Assembly (NCBI GenBank): GCA_030606865.1
Contig: JAUWFQ010000001.1
Span: 1 to 51,106 of the forward strand
Reading direction: 5' to 3'
DNA from: a bacterium
GTDB taxonomy: Bacteria; Fidelibacterota; Marinisomatia; Marinisomatales; JAHJCW01
DNA length: 51,106 nucleotides
The position numbers and the translations under genes were made by a program. This document shows positions 44,625 through 51,106 of this stretch, piece by piece (position 1 is the first letter of the stretch; each line of letters begins with the position of its first letter). The notes beneath the pieces are model-generated. The model did not search any database, was not told where the DNA came from, and saw only the letters and a list, made by a program, of their open reading frames with translations.

Positions 44625-45185
44625 TTACTCCAAAACGTTTAAGATTCTATTAGTGATTTCAGAAATGGTTCCTAAGCCATTCACCTCAAATAATAAATTA
44701 CGCTCACGATAAAATTCCAATAGCGGTGAAGTGAGTTCCCAATATACTTGCTGTCGTTCTTTAATTACTTCTTCTGTATCATCACTACGCCCGGATTCTT
44801 TTCCGCGTAATACTAAACGGTTTACTAACTCTGTTTCGTCAGCTGTTAAACTGATTACATAATTAATTGAATGATTTATCTTCTTTAAGATTAATTCTAG
44901 ACCCTCGGCTTGTGTTATAGTGCGAGGGAACCCGTCCAATAAATAACCTTTTTTACAATCCTTTTGTTGTAGGCGGTTTTCCATCATATTTAATAATAGT
45001 TCATCAGGAACAAGTTGCCCTGCATCCATAAATTTTTTTGCTTTTTTACCAACATCAGTGTTGCCACCAACCTCTGCCCGGAGAATATCTCCTGTAGATA
45101 GATGAATGATCCCAAATTTATCAACGATTCTGTTTGCCTGAGTTCCTTTTCCCACTCCGGGAGGCCCCATGAGAATTATTCGCAT
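44625..45185 (-). CDS. adk: adenylate kinase (short-LID type)
   Basis: I trimmed the start to MRIILMGPPGVGKGTQ (ATG 45185, 17 nt after the nupC-like stop). The LLDGFPRT motif is present. The 60-aa upstream extension in the ORF track overlaps the transporter gene and looks non-coding. Confidence 0.95.
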   Translation of the reverse strand: MRIILMGPPGVGKGTQANRIVDKFGIIHLSTGDILRAEVGGNTDVGKKAKKFMDAGQLVPDELLLNMMENRLQQKDCKKGYLLDGFPRTITQAEGLELILKKINHSINYVISLTADETELVNRLVLRGKESGRSDDTEEVIKERQQVYWELTSPLLEFYRERNLLFEVNGLGTISEITNRILNVLE

Positions 45186-45202
45186 TTCCTTTTTCCTTCT
45201 AA

Positions 45203-46420
45203 TTAAATTAAGATACCAGCGATTGTAGCCGTTAGCCATGATGCAATTGCGCCTCCAAACATCGCTTTTAACGCTAATTTTGCAAAATCTTTCCTGCGGC
45301 TGGGAGCAATGCCACCAAGTCCGCCAATTTGAATTCCGATAGAAGCGAAATTTGCAAATCCGCATAAAGCGTAGCTAGCAATTATTGCAGTTCGGTCAGA
45401 AATACCACCTGTATTTCTTAATTCGCTTAAATCAGCGTAAGCAATAAGTTCTGTGAGAACTAATTTTTCCCCCATGAGTGTCCCCATTATTCCTGCTTCT
45501 TCCCAAGGAATACCCATTGTCCATGCTAATGGTTTAAATATAAAACCAAGGATTTCTTGTAAAGTTACGCCTACAAAACCGAGTAGCGCATTTACCATCG
45601 CGATTAGCGCAACAAATGCGATAAGCATAGCTGCAACATTACCTGCTAATTGTAATCCGGATGTGGCTCCACGCGCTAAAGCCTCCATTGCATTATCATC
45701 AATTTTTTCTACATGTACGGTATCGTCATCGGCGGTAGCAGCAATTTCGGTTTCAGGATAAATGATTTTCGCTACTACCATCGCCGCCGGTGCACTCATG
45801 ATTGATGCAGCCATAAGATGTCCGGCAATGCCGGGAACATCGGAAAGAATTTTAACATAAATTGCCATTACACCACCGGCGACCGTTGCAAATCCACCAA
45901 CCATAATTGCCATTATTTCCGATTGAGTTAATCCTTTAACGAAAGGGCGTATCATAAGGGGAGCTTCGGTTTGTCCTACAAATATATTAGCTGAAACGCT
46001 AAGTGTTTCAGCACCACTTGTTTTTAGGGTTTTCTCCATTATTTTAGCAATAAACTTGACTATGACTTGCATAATACCAAGATAATATAATATGGCCATT
46101 AGTGAAGAGAAAAAGATGATAGTAGGAAGCACGCGAAAGGCAAAGTTCATTAACGGTGCCTCCACTACACCGGTGCCAAACGATTTAAAAAGAAAATCAC
46201 TGCCTGCGTCAGAAAAACTAAGCAATTTTTTTATTACTATATCTACAGCGCCAAAAAATGGCTGGCCAATTGGTGTTTTCAGGATAAATAATGCAAATAA
46301 TAATTGTAGTGATAGTCCCCAAAATATCAAACGCCAATCAAGCCGCCGTCGGTTATTAGACATCGCAAAAGCGATGCCTAGCAAAACCAATATACCTATA
46401 ATTCCGATAAATCTTTCCAT
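45203..46420 (-). CDS. nupC: NupC/NupG-family concentrative nucleoside transporter
   Basis: 405 aa polytopic protein with CNT-family blocks (NIFVGQTEAPL, GFATVAGGVMA, ALCGFANFASIGI). Confidence 0.9.
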   Translation of the reverse strand: MERFIGIIGILVLLGIAFAMSNNRRRLDWRLIFWGLSLQLLFALFILKTPIGQPFFGAVDIVIKKLLSFSDAGSDFLFKSFGTGVVEAPLMNFAFRVLPTIIFFSSLMAILYYLGIMQVIVKFIAKIMEKTLKTSGAETLSVSANIFVGQTEAPLMIRPFVKGLTQSEIMAIMVGGFATVAGGVMAIYVKILSDVPGIAGHLMAASIMSAPAAMVVAKIIYPETEIAATADDDTVHVEKIDDNAMEALARGATSGLQLAGNVAAMLIAFVALIAMVNALLGFVGVTLQEILGFIFKPLAWTMGIPWEEAGIMGTLMGEKLVLTELIAYADLSELRNTGGISDRTAIIASYALCGFANFASIGIQIGGLGGIAPSRRKDFAKLALKAMFGGAIASWLTATIAGILI

Positions 46421-46981
46421 CTAATCCTCCGGTGGTTCGTAGCAATTACGACAACGTGCTTCATAAATATCGGTTTCACCGATAACGACTCTTTGCTGAT
46501 CCTTGCTTGTTCTTTGTGTATATGTAGCGGGATTACCGCAAACGACGCAAATAGCTCGTAGTTTATCAACATAATCCGCTTCGCACATTAAGTGAGGCAT
46601 TGGTCCAAAGGGTTCTCCTTTATAATCTGTATCCAGCCCGGCAACAATAACGCGTTTTTTCTGTTTCGCCAATATTTTACAAATTTTGATGATATCATCA
46701 TCAAAAAACTGCGCTTCGTCGATAGCAACAACTTCCGCTTTTTGCGATTTGGTGAGTATTTCATCGGCTGTTTCCACAATTTGCGAATTCAATTTCATTT
46801 GATTATGTGATACAATATGTTCCGGGCTATATCTATCATCTACTTTTGGTTTGAATATAATTGTGTCCATTTTAGCGATTTGAGCGCGGCGAACACGACG
46901 AATAAGTTCTTCGGTTTTACCGCTAAACATACTGCCACAAATTACTTCGATCCAACCGGCATCTCGTGGTGTCCAAGTCAT
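46421..46981 (-). CDS. tdk: thymidine kinase
   Basis: P-loop GSMFSGKTEELI, the IDEAQFF block and C-terminal zinc-ribbon cysteines (CVVCG...CRNC). Confidence 0.95.
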   Translation of the reverse strand: MTWTPRDAGWIEVICGSMFSGKTEELIRRVRRAQIAKMDTIIFKPKVDDRYSPEHIVSHNQMKLNSQIVETADEILTKSQKAEVVAIDEAQFFDDDIIKICKILAKQKKRVIVAGLDTDYKGEPFGPMPHLMCEADYVDKLRAICVVCGNPATYTQRTSKDQQRVVIGETDIYEARCRNCYEPPED

Positions 46982-46987
46982 TTTAGA

Positions 46988-47614
46988 TTATTTCCTTGAT
47001 AATATTGAATTAATTTTTGTGCGAATCAGGTCAATTGCCACTTTGTTTTCTCCACCTTCCGGTATAATAACATCGGCATAGTATTTGGATGGTTCAACAA
47101 ATTGGTCGTGCATTGGTCTTACTGTAGATAAATATTGATCAATCACTGATTGTGTTGTACGTCCGCGTTCCTTAATATCACGGCTTAAGCGACGTATAAA
47201 TCTAATATCAGCAGGAGTTTCAACATAAATTTTGATATTCATTAGCTTCCGTAGAGATATAAAATGTAACGCTAAAATACCTTCCAATACAATTACATGA
47301 TGTGGAGAAACAGTAATTTTTTCTATTGAACGAACGTGGGTAGTGAAATCATAAATCGGTACATCGACAGTGTTACCATTTAGTAAGTCAGTGATTTGTT
47401 CATTGAATAATTTTATATCAATTGCATCGGGATGGTCAAAATTGTGAAGTTGACGTTCTTCCAATTTCATATGTGATAAATCTTTATAATATGAATCTTG
47501 TTGTATTACTACTACCTCGCCCTTTCCATATTCTACTAATAATTCTTTAGAGATAGATGTTTTCCCGGAACCGGTTCCGCCGGCAATTCCAATTAGTATT
47601 GATTTAGTTTTCAT
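46988..47614 (-). CDS. udk: uridine kinase
   Basis: P-loop GIAGGTGSGKTS plus the FDHPDAID and RRLSRDIKERGR blocks. Confidence 0.95.
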   Translation of the reverse strand: MKTKSILIGIAGGTGSGKTSISKELLVEYGKGEVVVIQQDSYYKDLSHMKLEERQLHNFDHPDAIDIKLFNEQITDLLNGNTVDVPIYDFTTHVRSIEKITVSPHHVIVLEGILALHFISLRKLMNIKIYVETPADIRFIRRLSRDIKERGRTTQSVIDQYLSTVRPMHDQFVEPSKYYADVIIPEGGENKVAIDLIRTKINSILSRK

Positions 47615-47991
47615 TTTAACATACTACCATCAAATGCATCAGGAAGTAAATTCTTACTTGTTGTTTCATAAACCTTAGCATTTTCATCGGCGATATAAAT
47701 AGGAATGTCTCCGCATAGATCCCAAATAACTTGTCGACACGCACCACAGGGTGTTCCACCATTCTCTGTGAATATAGCTAATGCTTTAAATTTATTGTGT
47801 CCTTTGGTAATCGCACTATAAATGGCAACACGTTCAGCGCAGCAAGTAAGTCCGTAACTACTTGATTCAACGTTACAACCGGAAATTATTGTATCATCCT
47901 CAGTAAGAATTGCTGCACCAACTTTGTATTTTGAATACGGAGCATAAGAATTTTTCTGAGCTAAACGTGCCTTTTTGATTAATTTTTCCAT
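47611..47991 (-). CDS. cdd: cytidine deaminase
   Basis: Zinc motifs CAERVA and PCGACRQ. Length is 126 aa (homotetrameric type). Confidence 0.95.
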   Translation of the reverse strand: MEKLIKKARLAQKNSYAPYSKYKVGAAILTEDDTIISGCNVESSSYGLTCCAERVAIYSAITKGHNKFKALAIFTENGGTPCGACRQVIWDLCGDIPIYIADENAKVYETTSKNLLPDAFDGSMLK

Positions 47992-48000
47992 AATAATTTC

Positions 48001-48744
48001 CTAATATTTTTCAAGTCGTACATATTTAAAAAATCGTTCCAATAAAACGCCGGTTATAAAACCGCCAATATGAGCAAACCAAGCCACTCCGCTGCTTGTG
48101 TCAACACCGAAAGTACCAATACCGGACAACACTTGTGTTGCAAACCAAATACCAATTACAATATACGCCGGAATCTTAATAGTAGTAAAAATTACTATTA
48201 AAAACACAAAGGTATGAATGCGCGCTCGCGGATATCTTAACATATATGCTGCCAACACACCGGCAATTGCACCGCTTGCTCCAATCATGGGAACCATTGA
48301 ATTTACATCGATAAAGATTTGCCCGGTTGCAGCTCCGATTCCGCATAATAAATAGAAGACAGCAAATTTTACGTGCCCAAGAGCGCCTTCTACGTTGTCG
48401 CCAAATATCCATAGGAATAACATATTTCCAAATATATGTGCTATTCCACCGTGCATAAACATTGATGTAAAAACAGTTAGGTATGGACTGTTGGGCGTAG
48501 CGTCTAAAAATATACGGCTGCTGGTTGCTTCACTTAAATATTGCGCATATGCGATGGTAATTTCGCCGCGCGGTAAATCTGTGAAGGTAGCGGGAATTAG
48601 TCCAAAAGATAATGTGAATTCTTGCCCTGCGGCAAAATCAAGCCCCATTTGATAGAAGAACACAACCAAATTAAATGCAATAATTGCATACGTTACAAAA
48701 GGTACTACAATGCGCGGGTTGTCATCTTTATATGGGAAGAACAT
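48001..48744 (-). CDS. rhomboid-family intramembrane serine protease
   Basis: MHGGIAHIFGNMLFLW (HxxxN region), the catalytic GASGAIAG motif and a downstream AHIGGF motif. Confidence 0.9.
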   Translation of the reverse strand: MFFPYKDDNPRIVVPFVTYAIIAFNLVVFFYQMGLDFAAGQEFTLSFGLIPATFTDLPRGEITIAYAQYLSEATSSRIFLDATPNSPYLTVFTSMFMHGGIAHIFGNMLFLWIFGDNVEGALGHVKFAVFYLLCGIGAATGQIFIDVNSMVPMIGASGAIAGVLAAYMLRYPRARIHTFVFLIVIFTTIKIPAYIVIGIWFATQVLSGIGTFGVDTSSGVAWFAHIGGFITGVLLERFFKYVRLEKY

Positions 48745-50756
48745 TATTCAATGAAAAATTTAATTGTTTTTGATGCTGAATTGCCAGAACGATCCTGAAT
48801 ATTTATTAGCAGATTATGTTCACCTATTGATAATGAACTTCTTAGATTATAAGATATTTCTTTTTCTATTGGTTGATAGGCAACCCAAATCCTTTTGCCA
48901 TCCAAGTATGCCTCTAAATTTTCCTCTGATAAATTTATTCCCGATATATCATCGTTTAAAGTTATAATGAATTTTTTTAATGTATTTTTTGAATAAATTT
49001 GTTGATTTTTAGGATATGTATACAAAAAACCGGGTGGTTTTGTATCTTCGAAAACAGTAAAAATATTAGGTATACTTAATTTTGTATTAATAAAATTAAT
49101 TGTTGTATCAGTATCACTTTCCACAAAATCCCATTTTGATTTTTTCTTATTAAAAGTATAAATAGCACAATGCTCCAATTCCGCATCATTATTAATAACT
49201 AATGAAATAGAAACGTCATTTTTAAATGGAATACCATACGGGTGTAACTCATAAACATTAGATTTACGATTTTCCGAATTGTTATGTGGTGGTAAAGTTT
49301 GTTTAGTAATCCACATTAACGTTGTATCATAAATTGCGTTGTTGATTTCAATGGAGCTAAGACTATCATGCGAAAAGATTTTATGAGCAGAATCAGGCAA
49401 GATCACCATAGGTGTAAAATCAAATTCATGTTTTTGTATTATATCTGAATAAATTAAAAATCCACAGGATTTACTATCTTTAAACAAAATAGGATTAATC
49501 ATCTCACTAACATATTTATCAGCACCAATATTTTTTAATGAAAAGGTAAGGAGCATATCAGTTTTTTCAATAAATGCCGTGATTATATCTGAGTTACTTA
49601 TATCGGTCTGAAGTTGAAAGATCGTGCCTTTTTCTAACTGAATTAATTCCGGATTGAAAACTTTGAAATCACCATTGAGTGTTGGATAATCATTTAAATT
49701 AAGAGATGTTGTATACTTTGGTTTTTGAAGTTGCATGGTTGACCTTATGTAAAAAGTCAGCACAGATTTATTTTGTGTGGCATCAAACGCAATAATTTCT
49801 ATTTTATGAATTCCTTCGGCTAAATTGATTATTCCGGTTTTTTCATCCTGGTGGATCGTAAGTTTTGGATAATATTTTATTCGATATAATTTTTGAAACT
49901 CATTATATTTCGGATGAATGATAGGTTGACCATGAATTGTTGAAATATTTTTACCTTCGCTGAAATCAAGCAAATCATACTGAACAGTATAAACAGAAAT
50001 AGAATCTACCAATAATTCTAATTTTTCAATCTGATATGAATATGATGCGTTTTGAGTTTTATCAATTACTTGTGTTGTAATTCCATATTTACCACCAACC
50101 AATATTGTATCTTTTAAAGTATATTCATTTGGAGATGTGCGAATAGGAGTAAAATTCTGAGGTAAGGGAGAGTTGTCAATATGTGTTCCTGTAGCAAGCG
50201 GGATTATTGATAAATTTAAAAATTCCGGAGGAATGTTATCAACTAATGGTAATCCATTAATTAGTGGATTTAATGGTTGATCATGTTCATTGCGCAATTC
50301 AAAATGTAAATGAGGACCCATTGAACCACCGGAATTGCCGGAGTAACCAATTATCTCGCCACGCTTAATTGGGTATTCTTTCTGAGTAAAATATTTATTT
50401 ACAAAATAAGACTGATTTTCATTTTGTAGTTCAAACAATCGGTTTTCTAATTGCGTAGAAAATCTACTTAAATGTCCATAAACAGCAATTTTACCATAGG
50501 TTGTATTGAGATAAAGTGCTTTACCGTAGCCGTTAAAATTTGTTGCAATGCGGTAAATGTATCCATCGTTCACGGCATACATCGGGTGACCGATACTACC
50601 GTTGGTGCGGATATCAATACCCATATGAAAATGTTTATCGCGGAATTCACCGAAATTAGAGGTAAGCTGCTTGCCGGTGTGGGTAGGCCAAACATAATCC
50701 TGCCCAAGGATCATACTCGTGATAATAATTGATAAAAAGAAAATATTGTGTGTCAT
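48744..50756 (-). CDS. M23-family metallopeptidase with a long uncharacterised C-terminal region
   Basis: Signal peptide, then the HMGIDI (HxxxD) and GPHLHFE (HxH) M23 motifs in the first ~170 aa. About 480 aa of beta-rich sequence of unknown family follow. The stop overlaps the rhomboid ATG (TAATG). Confidence 0.85.
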   Translation of the reverse strand: MTHNIFFLSIIITSMILGQDYVWPTHTGKQLTSNFGEFRDKHFHMGIDIRTNGSIGHPMYAVNDGYIYRIATNFNGYGKALYLNTTYGKIAVYGHLSRFSTQLENRLFELQNENQSYFVNKYFTQKEYPIKRGEIIGYSGNSGGSMGPHLHFELRNEHDQPLNPLINGLPLVDNIPPEFLNLSIIPLATGTHIDNSPLPQNFTPIRTSPNEYTLKDTILVGGKYGITTQVIDKTQNASYSYQIEKLELLVDSISVYTVQYDLLDFSEGKNISTIHGQPIIHPKYNEFQKLYRIKYYPKLTIHQDEKTGIINLAEGIHKIEIIAFDATQNKSVLTFYIRSTMQLQKPKYTTSLNLNDYPTLNGDFKVFNPELIQLEKGTIFQLQTDISNSDIITAFIEKTDMLLTFSLKNIGADKYVSEMINPILFKDSKSCGFLIYSDIIQKHEFDFTPMVILPDSAHKIFSHDSLSSIEINNAIYDTTLMWITKQTLPPHNNSENRKSNVYELHPYGIPFKNDVSISLVINNDAELEHCAIYTFNKKKSKWDFVESDTDTTINFINTKLSIPNIFTVFEDTKPPGFLYTYPKNQQIYSKNTLKKFIITLNDDISGINLSEENLEAYLDGKRIWVAYQPIEKEISYNLRSSLSIGEHNLLINIQDRSGNSASKTIKFFIE

Positions 50757-50829
50757 AAAATGGATTTAAACTTAGTAAAGTTATTTATTTTTATCGACAT
50801 AAAAGCTCTGAATTATTATTTTTTAATAT

Positions 50830-50857
50830 AAAAAAACCCCTGCTTAGCAGGGGTTTT
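50830..50857 (-). terminator. rho-independent terminator of the upstream (window-edge) minus-strand gene
   Basis: On the minus strand this reads AAAACCCCTGC-TAA-GCAGGGGTTTT followed by more Ts (plus-strand A7 at 50830-50836). It lies 30 nt after the stop at 50887. Confidence 0.8.
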
Positions 50858-50886
50858 AAGAAAAACATTAAATAAATAAAGGATAA

Positions 50887-51106
50887 TTACTTTTCTTCTT
50901 TTAGTTTCTTCAGTTCCTCTTTCATTTTATCAAGTTCTTTGCGCAGTTCTTCCATTTGTTCCTTAAATTTTTCTTGATCAAATGAGAATCCATGAAATTC
51001 AAAGTCTTCTAAACCTTCAGGATGCATCTTTAATAACATTTTATGCTTATCTCCGGGATAGTTAAATTTTTCTAAGTTTCCGAATTTATAGAAAAAATCC
51101 TGTTCC
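50887..51106 (-). CDS. C-terminal fragment of an unidentified protein with a coiled-coil tail
   Basis: My own translation reads ...EQDFFYKFGNLEKFNYPGDKHKMLLKMHPEGLEDFEFHGFSFDQEKFKEQMEELRKELDKMKEELKKLKEEK*. The frame is open to the window edge and is followed by a strong terminator. I recognise no family. Confidence 0.4.
   Translation of the reverse strand, partial: EQDFFYKFGNLEKFNYPGDKHKMLLKMHPEGLEDFEFHGFSFDQEKFKEQMEELRKELDKMKEELKKLKEEK

Noticed and set aside
45186-45365. 60-aa N-terminal extension of adenylate kinase in the ORF track (MRICKFRFYRNSNWRTWWHC...)
   Set aside because: The extension overlaps the 3' end of the transporter gene, is Trp/Arg/Cys-rich nonsense, and precedes the canonical MRIILMGPPGVGKGT start. 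I made equivalent trims for tsaC (31164-31277), the DUF3108-like gene (30587-30667) and the aminotransferase (39263-39304).
45453-46424. Plus-strand ORFs 45453-45761 and 46092-46424 antisense to the nucleoside transporter gene
   Set aside because: These are shadow ORFs within a conserved CNT-family gene, with Ala/Ser/Pro-rich products and no signals.
48176-48412. 78-aa minus-strand ORF in an alternative frame of the rhomboid gene, and similar alternative-frame ORFs in tdk (46588-46779, 46592-46810)
   Set aside because: They lie inside conserved genes whose main frames carry the catalytic motifs. The products are Arg/Cys/Asn-rich and lack translation signals.
1-51106. Whole-window look for tRNA/rRNA genes, CRISPR arrays, riboswitch cores, transposase, integrase or phage genes, toxin-antitoxin pairs and known defence genes
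   Set aside because: I saw nothing by eye. There are no T-loop (GGTTCGAATCC-like) contexts outside coding sequence. There are no regularly spaced repeats beyond those listed, and no recombinase- or nuclease-like ORFs. Covariance-model and HMM scans would be needed to exclude small RNAs formally.

Overview
This 51.1 kb window is AT-rich chromosomal DNA from a diderm bacterium. Gene content and order suggest the FCB group, possibly Ignavibacteria-like, but that placement is low confidence. I support about 55 protein-coding genes, densely packed and mostly housekeeping. I found no rRNA, tRNA, CRISPR array, transposase, integrase or hallmark of a known defence system.

Main blocks:
- 1-2.4 kb: membrane-anchored AraC regulator, CPBP protease and a TonB-dependent receptor.
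- 2.6-5.3 kb: FRG-domain gene, beta-carbonic anhydrase and an HI0933 flavoprotein.
- 5.4-12.4 kb: a secreted lipase, then a tight six-gene string (beta-CASP RNase, CsaA-like, PlsC, MBOAT, SGNH-like, HAD).
- 14.0-15.9 kb: a G+C-rich PD40 lipoprotein gene and a second FRG-domain gene.
- 17.3-19.6 kb: ferredoxin, a cysteine-poor Mrp/ApbC and an unknown multi-pass membrane protein.
- 19.9-29.9 kb: outer-membrane and lipid A supercluster uppS-bamA-skp-lpxD-lpxC-fabZ-lpxA-(unknown secreted beta-rich protein)-dxr-rseP.
- 29.9-33.9 kb: lpxL-like, tsaC and DUF3108 genes, then a CoA-transferase A/B pair.
- 34.1-37.9 kb: LiaF-like, NfeD, FloA and a proline-rich repeat protein.
- 37.9-43.9 kb: four-subunit 2-oxoacid:ferredoxin oxidoreductase, buk, ptb and an aminotransferase.
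- 44.0-50.8 kb: M23 peptidase, rhomboid, cdd, udk, tdk, nupC, adk and coaE.

I do not see a convincing, clearly novel multi-gene system. The best leads are:
1. Two divergent FRG-domain singletons, one beside a compositionally foreign gene.
2. The LiaF-like/NfeD/FloA/Pro-rich operon with 25-nt direct repeats upstream.
3. The PlsC-MBOAT-SGNH-HAD module.
4. An uncharacterised beta-rich secreted protein translationally coupled into the lipid A cluster.
5. lpxA and buk, whose conserved N-termini lie upstream of any canonical start codon (candidate ATT starts).
6. Two 28-nt perfect palindromes with shared outer arms that supply TAG stops to converging genes.
7. An Mrp ATPase lacking the CxxC cluster ligands.

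All functional calls come from motif recognition by eye in the supplied or self-made translations. No searches were run.
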